This document shows positions 46,001-64,000 of a stretch of DNA of 64,000 bases, in pieces. The position numbers were made by a program, and so were the translations under genes. The stretch spans positions 62,001-126,000 of the forward strand of contig CBFFRQ010000095.1 in assembly GCA_965644315.1 (NCBI GenBank). Direction: 5' to 3'. Each line of letters starts with the position of its first letter. The first letter of the stretch is position 1. The notes under the pieces were generated by a model. That model was not told where the DNA came from, made no database searches, and saw only the letters and a list, made by a program, of their open reading frames with translations. The stretch is from Caecitellus pseudoparvulus. Its lineage: Eukaryota; Protista; Bigyra: Bicosoecida.

Positions 46001-46018
46001 TCCACCGATACAGAGTGA
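37016..46018 (+). CDS. Giant cell-surface protein: 14 RCC1/BLIP-II-like repeats, ~8 IPT/TIG-like domains, FN3-like domain, Cys-rich module, multi-pass TM domain
   Basis: Uninterrupted 3000-aa ORF with a hydrophobic leader (LLLPLVLVTAWLSSAGG). C....G...CWG repeats at ~38230-40850, P....P...G.NFG units at ~41230-43580, CxxC-rich region at ~44030-44565, and 8-9 hydrophobic helices at ~44575-45665. Confidence 0.85.
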   Translation: MRAGCEVQIRDATQRMEWRTAPASLSVQLSRANTALGLHVGSPRLLLPLVLVTAWLSSAGGFLHRLGERNATSPDGFTLPPAGQDAFPLNLQIGSTGTGSPVMLTGHSFHHLPRLLQWHWSVNVTGVPAECQAAGSHEPGEPGVRPHSLTWRAHLPGCNMRHSAVWWHVSALEWQDVSLVEAWHDAGPSTFGRPPNTTAEPALRSWLLGQLTNSTHTLPPGLDASLALGGALPHPANLALRLEVVFPTSPSLHPDVFCTLYRWGGKSWLNASTLCTGLQQQHPYQYRSPRHSGLAEDRNRTWQSGWTSPTTPTRLLVSVARETLAVFGARPNLLHASVITGGELQSSWAAEVLPVPATPSAQVVLPGLPATVPLPPTAPVSAAAAVDRTVWGCRKRVARLMDPGTAGYDVNCVLFRHGSVKCWGAGDFGALGQASVTPIGNVEPPSSVPELTFQLPALDVSVGRDTVCALLLGGRLHCWGRVTTAILNLGSPGTTQANPGVGDDEMATSWPMVDTGDRRFWAVSVGVYVACALEVNMTGNNVHCWGANSRYQLGLVGASSSTRIGDADGLLQDYPAVDLNGTAAKQVAVNEHVVCAVRVDGSLVCWGNNEYGGTGAGGGQGIVGRYQPPYINGTVDLGNLSTSVASVALALTFTCVQYTFGGIMCWGYAYQGGNLGWAFPANTVYGLHETPAQLPAFGGYPVMFRGEPVTGLSLALNAACALMRSGQVRCWGDDEESGTLSEQSTSSSFVSPWGVMPAVLPAPAISLSAAGDHMCAILVTGAVACWGSNREGAVGTPEFSIVHSASQALSHLSISEHHDVCAATCTADATGVLLSCIAPTSGEGVTAGADLRPAPPVQQRMAGQTQGIVALTAGGTNVCALDFRGKAICWGRNQAMQLSAGRKSVVGAQEHAFHAGMGGWGEKLAMIAPQVGEVICAVTVHGRARCAGTGDRSGYNHTFLYETIPEAFNRVRHVGDPGYGTEILGDIELPERVNHISMAGLVVCATSVSGNVYCWGRNHEGMLGKKQFPAVTSFRMPRHASWVDVGPVNLTGLAMSTECGEFFCCALLRDGDFNCWGNIDYVAHFFPTSNYPASIGHETLPDAGLDPADVPPLHLGGPYVALSVGDSFMCAVHHSGRIRCMGTTGHNELPLQDGYPSGKNDLFGDVPFVLGMDNIVQMAFANDHVCAVNTAGEVRCWGKGAHGVLGRGSTDRSTAGVLMNETSPIDLDGRSASAVAVAEHSSCALLTGFDVACWGFGGYGAAGFGNGENVGDVGVPGRVSAGYLPSLAWLPAGSVFRGVTRDFFLEAGTPESGSFSLFACEACDVSRLHALPSFVGDVMLYTADLGMPEPPLVAGLACSILDFPMGDLHHDWSGTCTWPETWNAEPGTALLEVVSWTAAGTSSGLPSPVGGQSLELQGSFWAMQFFSVGQNKVFVGNDSCSALFVQAGGTVARCTMGQLTSLHSTRQPLFLHHSIPGIPSPWLAPMQVVFAPPFVTAVTPLVGIPIAGASIVVQGQNFGVPQCPEPHQHLPNCSTPFLQVLIDSAAGACTNVRHVSDAYVSCDLGPSLNLTQTVQVVSRDETSPPVSVSRSQASLASVDPPIVYKTPAGASRQLQPLLVHGANLGLAAGDISITVAGIPCGGVEWHSPENVSCTELDTALLSAAGGQAEVSVSVRGSHGNVATLGGAVRVFGTPLLFAAQPMPVSMDGGLVTLEGVQLGLAGGQGGRGQAGDIVNVTVGSLPRLCLNVSASESSLTCTVPPGEWPLSPIVIHRHLGLTASMSSSILRRRAADVSAAHPPYVLFPPTPSASSAVVNVTLRGSGFAPASGVQSASSLQATVGSAACASVVAVSPVELLCTGLNVSTLPVDSSAAVSVTIAGQAATSNASVRVFGAPSVESILPSAVPGAGSVAIEIVGSNFGQLDGDVLGVDVGGAACTAPVVLSEARLACTVPSFKASGEVLSPAVSVRFASGAVAHAAPQSLLYSLPELYVVTPAVTLRSPPGSPRRYNVTVTGAALFNPNLPLGNASMWMAGSGCQEGGGALHFALDGRSATCVGLLASKLPQSTDGGNGAFVRVRTNEDLEASSQLGTFRVMAQPAITGLQPSVARAGAAVAVVGQNFGWVQQDIAAVRVGSVPVSSFTRTGPGGISFILPPPRSPSNEDTTNLQVVVDMVSGWSAGGGGGAASTFRYERDPLPPLTPVRDVCAYRDPADGGVTRVEFSWQDDSITQVFPVAQWLVRFSTQPWQFGEDAQVRATVNVASEDLQLVSVRHPLCNLPPAPAPRRAQGTGPSAAQRISIRVLNVPEQPVWLQVIPVTDRQRVQASSGPASQTVGPVFSSCRDDEFLATQHAAAGAWERAVCEPCPDGGVCDGHPWEALTNRAGFFRLPWSEHGLEFKQCLLPSACKSLGVSVDVSDLDYVWGPNHSTWTQHPVLMNFTVEQGPHGAFGLPAAFASVTARAGDTTVVPRTASSPALVLSTAEAAMRASPQCRAGHTGVLCGKCIIGYSRTASGECATCGSQAQALTLMSIALLASFAVVAWLVRGQVISTNRLKKPHSILKKILVNHLQQTALMLNFDLSWPDPLKGSLATADTASSAGQELASPDCFRAHEIPNAPGSAFRITLLLTFVVPLAFIAVFFTVFLVMHARCGVSRRETTRRMVICLLVVTFLFYTPITRSVMQAFSCVNVGGQLRLQNDLDVVCDGSGNLAWTLGYGLPLLLLFVLGVPVLVAAVLVRFRDRLWSDEYVKSMFALLFLGYKPAFYWYEVVIMARKALFATALVFLGPQGLLYQVSVAVLVLLAALVVGMHTAPFQVHIYNTLDEASIVLSVFTLAGGIALIRSAGVGEPTEVPEGSVFQVLVTLTLTIVNIAFVMFLFGWAMLSWYQAEVAPRLPKRPSILPRRLSKLTGTPPKPSVADQGDAGPMHSNPLHAVRVARQVKVVEGEPVPWKAARRRASVSREARPAGRNGGGSSATPGSVSTVENPMLRRSPRAKQAVSTDTE

Positions 46019-46301
46019 GTGAGTGTGTTTTTCCTGCAATGCATGGTGTCTGTTTGTGTGCTGCCCGGGGTCTCCGCTGACACGGCAGAGCGGGTGGGCC
46101 ACTTGGACTGCGCCGTCAAACATGACGACACACGAATCTCATTCTTGACACATGTGAACTCTGCCCTTGTGTAGCACTTAAGCCGACGCACGTGTGTGCT
46201 GGGGGTGCCACAGACAACAAGCCACTGCCACTGCTGCTGCTTCGGCGTGCAGGCACGGCCCTGTTCCCTGCTCAGACGCAGCCCTTGTGAATCTCGCTTC
46301 C

Positions 46302-47052
46302 ATGGCAGCTGCACGGAACACGTATAACCACAAGTTGGTCCTGCTGGGGGACACAGGCGTGGGCAAGAGCTGCTTCGCCATGCGCGCCGTGCGGGACAGG
46401 TTTGATGAGAACCAGGAGCCGACGATTGGCGGTGCGTGCGAGTCTAACAGCCAGACGCCAGCCGCTGCCTGTCTGAGCCCATGCGCACCTTGACAAACAT
46501 GGCCGTTCCTCTCACAGCTGCCTACCTGGCGCACTCGGTGGCGTTGGAGGACTGCACGGTGAAGTTCGAGGTGCGCGTTGCAGGCGGCGCGGTGGTGCAC
46601 TGCACATGTCAGCCCGGCACAGCCCCACCTTTCCACCGCCCCGCCACTCACAGCTGTGGGACACGGCTGGCCAGGAGCGGTACCGCAGCTTGGCCCCAAT
46701 GTACTACCGAGGCGCGGGTGCCGCCATCGTCGTCTTCGACGTCAGCAACTTGGAGACGTTCAACGGTGCCAAGCGGTGGATTGCGGAGTTGCGCACGAAA
46801 GGCGAGCCCGGCGCCATCCTTGCCCTCGTGGGCAACAAGCTGGACAAGGGCTACGCCTCAGGCCTGGACAGTGAGATGGTGCAGGAGTACGCCCGCAGCA
46901 TGAACATCACCTTCACGGAGACGTCAGCCAAGACCGGCGCAGGCATCCGTGAGGTGTTCAACTCCATCGCCCGGGCGCTGCCCAAGAGCCAGGCGGCCGT
47001 GTCCAAGGTGTCCCTGGAGCCGTCTTCCTCCGGTGGTGGCGGCTGCTGCTAG
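46302..47052 (+). CDS. RAB5: Rab5-family small GTPase, 3 exons
   Basis: [55 protein letters not shown] and a C-terminal CC prenylation site. Confidence 0.88.
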
Positions 47053-47064
47053 TGAGCCGGTACT

Positions 47065-48502
47065 TCACCACCCCCCTCCAGACGCTTGCGTGGGGGGGTC
47101 AGGCGTGTCCGGGATGACCTTCCCACTGCGAGTGCGACGCACAGGCGCTTGCGGGTCCCCCTCAGGTGCTGCGGCAGGAGAGGGCGAGGCTCCTGCAGCA
47201 CTGTGCTCTTCACTGCCCAGCGCTGCGGCTGCCCTGACTGACGCTACTTCTTCAGGCGTCAGAGCGCGCTGCCCCTGCAGGCTGGCACCCCCCTCCCCAG
47301 AGCTCAGGGCACCCCCCTTGATGACCAGACCGCCCGGCAACTCGGCGCCCTCGTACGCTCCAGCCGACAACTCATCCTCCTCCACGCCCACTCGCTCCAG
47401 CATGGCCTTTTGAATGTCCAGGGCGCTGTGGTGGTGCACGCGGGTAGTGTGCGGGTGGCAGCGGTCGCGGCAGAAGGCAATGCATGGTGTGGCTCTACGC
47501 ACGCTTGGGTGTCTCCTTTTGCCAGCAGGCACTCTGCCAGGTTGAACTCCGTCACCAGCACATCAGGGTGCGTTTCGTGCGTTGCAGCCAAGCGCAGCGC
47601 GAGTGCCTCACGATACGCCGCCTCAGCCTCGTCAAAGCGCCCTGCATCCTTCAGCGCCACAGCATACCCATTCAATGCGTCACCGTACGCCCGGTGCTCC
47701 TTCCCCGGCTTGTCCGCCAGGCCACGCAGTGCTTCTTCGTGCAGCTCCAGTGCAGCTGGCAGGCGTTTCTGCAGGCGTCGGATGTTGGCCAGGTGAGACT
47801 TAGTGACGCTCACAATGGGCGCACCAGGAAAGAGGATCTCCTTTCGGCTTTCCAGCGCCTGCTCCATGTACTCCTGTGCAGTGTCCAGGATGGCCTGGCG
47901 CTCCAAACCCCGCGTGCCCTCTGCCATGCGTGTGTACAACAGGCCCAAGTTGGCAATGACGGAGACCGTGCTGGGGTGCTCATCCCCTGCTGTGGCACGG
48001 TACACCCTAAGGGCTTCTTCGTAGTAGTTCAGCGCCTGCGTCGTGTTGCCTGACTCCTTGTGCACCAGCGCGATATTGTTCAGGGACGACGCGAAGGCAA
48101 CGTGGTCCTTGCCGAGGTGTGCCGCAGTGACTCGAGAGCACTCCGTCGCGGCAGTCAACGCGTTGACCACATCTGCCTGATCCATGTACATCTTCACATC
48201 TTCATGCAGCTGCGCAGGGAACACGGCAGCGTGCGCCAGGTCTGCCGAGGAGTGCTGGCGTTTCAGGCCGAAACTCCACGCACTGCCCGAATGTCCCGCT
48301 CAATGGCATGGTACTCTTCGACACTGCCACCAACACCGGACTTGGGGCGCTTGCGGATCAAATCGCGACGTTGGTCGGGTGACAGTGCCGCATGACTCTT
48401 TGGAGCGGTGGCCACCTCGGTGCTCAGCGCACGGAAGGGAACGAGAGCTGGGCCGCGTAGTGCTGCGGCTGCCCGCGGGCCCAGTCCGCGCACAATGGCC
48501 AT
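47065..48502 (-). CDS. TPR-repeat protein (kinesin-light-chain-type repeats) with mitochondrial-like presequence
   Basis: Leader MAIVRGLGPRAAAALRGPALVPFRALST. Repeats: HVAFASSLNNIALVH, HPSTVSVIANLGLLY, HRAYGDALNGYA, HPDVLVTEFNLAECL. Two frame-consistent introns. Confidence 0.8.
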
Positions 48503-48938
48503 GATGACACCTTGACCAGGACAAAAATGGCAGTGACCTGCGAATCGCCGTAGCGTGGGCGCCAGCCATGCAATTTTGTGCCACTTCATGCAAAAGCCCG
48601 ACCACTCTACACTGTGCCAAGGCCACACAAGTCCGGACTGCCTCAGGTGGCGGCGGGCGCTGGCTAGTCGCCCAGCAAAGCCCCTGCTCGTGCCTGCACT
48701 GCGTCCTCATACGCTGGGCGCATGTGGTCCCTCCACAGCTCCGTGCAGCTTGGGCATTCAGTTTCCTCTCCAACACGCTTCCAACCCTCTCCACGTCCAC
48801 TCCAGCTCTCCAATTCCATCCTTCCCAGCCACTCACAACCTGCGCGTGCGTAATGACTGCAGTGAGAGTGGAGCATACGCCTGCGCAGGGCCAGCCGCGG
48901 AAAGTAAACTTTACTGTGCGCAGTGCACGCGCTGGGAA

Positions 48939-50050
48939 TCATGCATTGTGTGCGGCGAACGTGACATCTTGCACGAGGGACCAGCGTTGGCCCGGCGCGA
49001 TGACGACACGATCGCTGACACGCCCCGGCTCAACGCAGAAAAAGGTCTTGTACTCCTCATCCCCAATGTCCTCTTTCTCCAGACTCCACTGCACCCACGG
49101 ATTCCACACGACGCAGTCCACGTCGGCAGGCTGCAGGGCGCCTGTCTCGGGGTCGTGAAAGCCCCCGTGTGTCAGCAGCGTGGCTGTGTATGCCCCTGCC
49201 AGGGCAGGATCTTCGCTCACTCCCACGTTGCTTATGGCAATGGGCGTCGTGCGGGGGTGGTCGCAGTACACTCGGTCTACGTTGCAGGTGAAGGAGATGG
49301 AGTCAGCCTGCTCCTGGACAGCCGCGCCCCCTGCTACCTTGTCTAGGTACGTCAGACCCTTCAGCCCAGTCACAGCCACCTTGGTGACGTCTGGCGTCGC
49401 GTAGTACGTGTGCTGCAACGCGTGCTGCCACAGATCGGCAGCGCCCACGTTCTCCGCTGACAGCTTCCCCACTAAGCGGTCATCCCACAGACTGAGAGTG
49501 AAGCGCAGCTTGTACTCGCCCGTCCACGCGTCTTCCTTGCCCTCTTCTCCCGCCACGGAGCCTGCTAGAGTGAACACGCCGACGGCCGGCTGGCTTGGGT
49601 CACTGTTTGCGGCAAGGCTTTCCACGGTCCACGGCAGGTTGCGGGCAAAGCCGTGCTGGGGCAGCGGTCCGTTGGGCCCGAACTGCGGCCAGACAAGCGG
49701 CACACCCCCACGGATGCCCTTGCTGCCGTTGAAGACGGCCTTCTCTGCGTGGCGAGCCAGGCGTGGTGTGGCTGCCACGCGTGTTGGCGCTCCGCCGCGC
49801 CGCCCTCTCACCTGAGAGGAAAATAAAGTCCACCCCCTTGGAGTTGGTTATCCGTGTGATGGTCGCTCCGTGGAGGTAGATCTGCGGCAGGGGCCGAGCA
49901 AACGTGGGAGCCTTCTGTGCGAACTGCGGAAGTTGACCCCCCACCCACATCCGCTTCGGCACCACTGGAGTGCTTCAGAGTCACAAAAGGCTGGGATCCA
50001 CGGCCCAGCTTTTGTTCAACTGCAATGGCACCAGTTGCTGCTGATGCCAT
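48939..50050 (-). CDS. Glucose-6-phosphate 1-epimerase / D-hexose-6-phosphate mutarotase
   Basis: IYLHGATIT, KGIRGGVPLVWPQFG...QHGFAR, ALQHTYY, VDRVY, VVWNPW, FFCVEPG. Two 5' introns. Confidence 0.9.
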
Positions 50051-50490
50051 GTGTGGCACTTCCCCCTCTGTGGTCTCTGTGCAGCTGGCAGATCCGCTGG
50101 CTCGGGTGCGGCGCTGGCTCACACAGCGGACAGCGATTGGGCTGGAAGAACTGCTGATTGGTTCAGAGGAGGCGTTGGGTGGGAGTGAGGTGTAGAGTTT
50201 GGTAAAGCGGCTTGTCTGTTGCATGACCTGCATGATTAGCCCCAATGCACGTTGGAAAGCGAATGAAACGGGACTGCGGCTCTGCTAACCAGAGAGATCT
50301 GCTAAGTCATCAGTTTGTGAGATCTACCAGCAATGTGACATCACGCCTTGCGTTCACTTTTCTTCACCCCGACCCTGCACTCAGGCTAGACACACTCACT
50401 CAAGCCAGAGCACACGCTTGCCTGGCTCCTCTTCGCGGCAGACGCAGGCAGTCGACAGCGGCGTGGCAAGCTGCACACTGCTGGCCAGCC

Positions 50491-52450
50491 ATGTCGAGCA
50501 CTGCGCAGTTCAGGGTGCGCATTTACGGCTTGAGCGGGACAGGCCTGCAGCTGCCTTCTGGGGAATCCAACATCCAGCTGAAGGTCAACTTTGACGGGTA
50601 CAAGGAGTTCACCAGTGCGTGCCCGACGCGGCGTGGGTGGCTGGCGCTTACAGGCGTGGTGAGCGGATGTTGCTGCTGCCCTCCGCCCCTGCGCAGCTGA
50701 AGCTCGCACGCTGGACGCCAACCCATCATGGTCCGACGATGTGGAGTTCCAGTACCACACTCGGCACGCTCGTTCGCTGAGCCAGAAGCGCCTGCGCTTC
50801 ACGCTGCAAAGCACAAGTTCGGGCTTTTTCCGCACCTCCACGCGCGACTGGGGGGAAGCTGTGGTTGACCTTCACACCTTGGCGACAGGGCCAGTGGACC
50901 ACAAGAACATCCGCATTCTGGACGGGTCCTCGCCGCGAGGCAGCCTGAACTTCAGCGTGGTGATGGAACAAGCCATCACCGCCACGGTGAATTTCGCCGA
51001 CGTGGCTATCACTGGCAACCACGCGGCGTCCCAGGGCCAGGTCATGCTGCAGTTCGCGTACACCGGCCACGAGAAGTACACGGAGAAGACGGTGTGCACA
51101 GAGGCGGGCGGTCCGCGTTTCGCTTTCTTGCCTCAGCTTCGCCTGAGCACTGTCTTCAGCACGTTCACAAGCTCCAGCATCAGCTTCTGGTTGCGGGGCG
51201 TGACGGGCAGCAGCAGCATGGGCGACGTGCTGGCCAGCGCCAGTCTGCAGACCAGCAACACACCCATTTTTACGGACGGTAAGCCCTCCAGCTTCGCCCT
51301 CACGCTGCACACGCCGACAGGCCAGGCAGCGGGGCAGATGACGGGCCGCATGTGGTACACCCAGACGCCTGACTACCTGCAGATGGCCGGCGGATACCAC
51401 ACAGAGGCAGGCATCTATGGCGCATCCTTCGTCATCCCTAACCTGCCCGACAAACCCAAGTGCTATGTGCAGGGGGCGGCGAGTGCACCTGCCTCCCAGG
51501 GCCGTGGGCGTCTGGCTGGCCTGGGTGCTGCCCTGGTGGGGGCACGTCCTCGGCAACCGTCTCCCGGTTCGAGGGGGGGGCTGAGCACAGGTCACTTGGG
51601 GGCGCAGATCGCTGTGCGGGCGCTGGGCAGGAAACTGGGGGGTGACAGCCCCGCCCCTGGCTCAACAGTGGTGCTGCCTCACGCTTGGGACCGCCGTGTG
51701 GACCCCAAGTCTGGGCGCGCGTATTTCTTCAACACGGCCACCTCCACCTCCACATGGCAGCTGCCGACACAGTCCACGTTCGAAGTCAGCTTCATGCATG
51801 CCGGGCCACTGGGGCTTGAGCTGGTGCGCAATTGGTCGGGGCGGCGGGAGAGCGGGAAGCCTTCAGGCCGGCGGTACTCTGGACAGGATAGGGGTGCTGT
51901 CGTGCGCAGTGTGGCCCCAGGCAGCCAGGCGGCACACGTGACGACGCCCCAGCGCATCCAGCCCGGCATGCACCTTATCTGCATCAACCGCGGCACGACG
52001 CTGCAGTGGGACCTGGCCACCACGCTGGGTGTTCTGCGCAGAACACCCCGCCCTGTCATGCTCACGTTCCACAACCCGTACGCTGTGCCGCCGGCAGTCG
52101 CGCGCGCCGCGCTGGACCTGGACTTGGCTGTGGAGGCGGGGGACACACCTGAGGTGCGCCCCCCCTCGAGACAGGCCGCGGCAGCTGCCACAACAGTGCC
52201 ACCGCCCCGCCGCAGGGGTGCAGGCAGTGCTGGGTCTGGAGCGGGGTATGGCTATGGCGGGGGGGCTGCCGCGGCCCCCAGCCCAGCCCCTGCTGCTGCC
52301 GCCGCTGGCTCGGATGACGGCTGGGGCTCTGCTTCGGAACCCGACCAGAGCCAGATGTGGGTGGAGATGAAGGACCACATCTCAGGCAAGCTGTTTTGGC
52401 TCAACAATGCCACGGGCGAAGTGACTTTCTCCCGGCCAGATGGCTTGTGA
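50491..52450 (+). CDS. C2-like + WW + PDZ + WW scaffold protein
   Basis: N-terminal beta-rich C2-like region (WGEAVVDLHTLATGP), WW (LPHAWDRRVDPKSGRAYFFNTATSTSTWQLP), PDZ (GPLGLEL...VVRSVAPGSQAA...IQPGMHLICIN...RPVMLTF) and a second WW (WVEMKDHISGKLFWLNNATGEVTFSRP). One 5' intron. Confidence 0.8.
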
Positions 52451-52767
52451 AGCCGTGCGCGTGGGGCTGAATGCAGGCCTGATCAGTGATCACAACACAC
52501 TTCACCGACCTACAGCGGCTAATGCATGCAGGGCCCGCTCCGCTAGCACTGCATGGCTTGCGTTTGGGGTGGCGTGTGGGCTTGAGCGCGGCTGCACCTC
52601 GAGCCGTTGCATGCGACTGTGTGGACGAAACGCTCAGACAACCACAGCGCCAGGCTCCTGCTGGCAGCTGCGCTGGGAGTGTGCAGCACCGGCAAAGCAC
52701 GGAATCGCAACACTCTTCCACCCTTGCCACGTGGGCTCTGCGCTGAGCCACGTTGCCACTGGCAGCC

Positions 52768-62961
<10,194 letters not shown>

Positions 62962-63072
62962 TAGTTGCTGGAAATGCACTGCACCCAGGTACGACGACGC
63001 AAGCTGCTGAGCGCCACTTTGGCGAGCTGGTCCCCATTTCCTGGTTTAATTAAGTGATCTGCATTGAGCGAG

Positions 63073-64000
63073 CTACCACTGCCGGGAGCCCTGCATCGTT
63101 CTGCGGGGGTCTCCCACAACACTGCCCTGCATGCCGAAGGGGGCTTGCCCTGTGGACGCCAGGTACGAGTCAAAGGCGGCGCACTTCTGCTGCGCCTGGG
63201 CCAGCTGGTGCTTCATGTCTTCCACCTCCTCGAAGAAGCCCATGTCCAGCCCTGACAGCTCCTGGCGCAGTGCGGCGTTCTCACGCTCCAGGGCGCGAAC
63301 ACGCTCCGCCGCATGCGCATCCGCAGCCTGTGGGGGCGCGGGGGGTGGCTGCTGGGTGGCCTGCTCAGCCGCCTTGCTCGCTTGTCGCCTGGCACGTGCC
63401 TCTGCCGCCTGGCGTGCCGCCCGCTCCCGCGCCAGCTCAGACTGCGTCGAGTCGCCCTCCAACTTGGCGTGGGCCAGGTCGCTCTCCAACTGCTTCACGC
63501 GGTCCTCGGCACGTTGCAGCTTGCTGCGCGTCGCAGCCAGCTCGCGCCCCGCTTGCACAGCCGCAGACGAGGCCTGCGCTGGGGCGCCAGGGCTCTGCCC
63601 AGCCTTGGCAGCTGCCGCCTTGGCGGAGTCCAACTCTCGCCGCTGGCGGTTCACGACGTCCTTCAGCGTGCGGATGGTGTCCTCCAGCCGGGATTCACGC
63701 CCACCTCCTGCTCCCCGCATGCCGGCAGGAGCACCGAAGGCAGTTCCTTCTCCTTCTCCTGCACCTGCGTCTCCCCGTGCGCCAGCCAGCGTGCTGAGGG
63801 CTCCCAGTTCACGCACACGCCGCTGCAGGCGCGTCACCTCTGCCCGGCTCTCCTCCAAATCGAACCGCAGGTCTGCTATGGTGGCGTCTCGACTCAGCAG
63901 CGCCGACTCCAGGCCTGAGATCGTGCGCCGGGCACCCGCCAACCGCTCGCGCAGTGCCGCCTCCTCCACGAAGCTGCTCTCCCCTGCACGCAGCGAAGCG
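63073..64000 (-). CDS. CEP290: CEP290-like ciliary transition-zone coiled-coil protein, C-terminal part (runs off the window)
   Basis: Coiled coil ending in ENAALRQELSGLDMGFFEEVEDMK, matching the CEP290 C-terminal motif (L..FD..FFEEIEDLK). Confidence 0.65.
   Translation of the reverse strand, partial: ASLRAGESSFVEEAALRERLAGARRTISGLESALLSRDATIADLRFDLEESRAEVTRLQRRVRELGALSTLAGARGDAGAGEGEGTAFGAPAGMRGAGGGRESRLEDTIRTLKDVVNRQRRELDSAKAAAAKAGQSPGAPAQASSAAVQAGRELAATRSKLQRAEDRVKQLESDLAHAKLEGDSTQSELARERAARQAAEARARRQASKAAEQATQQPPPAPPQAADAHAAERVRALERENAALRQELSGLDMGFFEEVEDMKHQLAQAQQKCAAFDSYLASTGQAPFGMQGSVVGDPRRTMQGSRQW

Noticed and set aside
27198-46018. PMT acting specifically on the nearby IPT-domain protein
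   Set aside because: Proximity only. Known IPT-domain O-mannosylation in animals is by TMEM260, not GT39, and three unrelated genes lie between them.
1410-50050. Possible glycan/lipid metabolic gene cluster (GH5, GT47, PMT, lipase, epimerase)
   Set aside because: The genes are dispersed among unrelated housekeeping genes and form no coherent pathway.

Overview
GC-rich, gene-dense eukaryotic nuclear DNA with short canonical GT-AG introns (donors mostly GTGAGT/GTGCGT) and the standard genetic code. A CEP290-like gene and a SHIPPO-repeat gene point to a flagellated protist; a heterotrophic stramenopile is plausible but is inference only. I support about 24 protein-coding genes: HVA22/REEP-like, GH5 endoglycoceramidase, a head-to-head pair of NIPA-like transporters, a SHIPPO-repeat protein, a GT47-like protein, a single-PAH-domain protein, SulP/SLC26, Frag1/DRAM, a MIR-less protein O-mannosyltransferase, HINT, exportin-7, a patatin TAG lipase, a 3000-aa RCC1/IPT/multi-TM surface protein, Rab5, a TPR protein, hexose-6-P epimerase, a C2-WW-PDZ-WW protein, a 2700-aa low-complexity protein, organellar GluRS, partial CEP290 and three hypotheticals. 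I saw no RNA genes, CRISPR arrays or mobile elements. The strongest unexplained signal is the hexamer AAT[G/T]CA. It lies on the sense strand at or within about 150 nt after the stop codon of 21 of 24 genes and occurs in both orientations between convergent genes, making it a candidate non-canonical polyadenylation or 3'-end signal. All calls were made by eye, with no database search.
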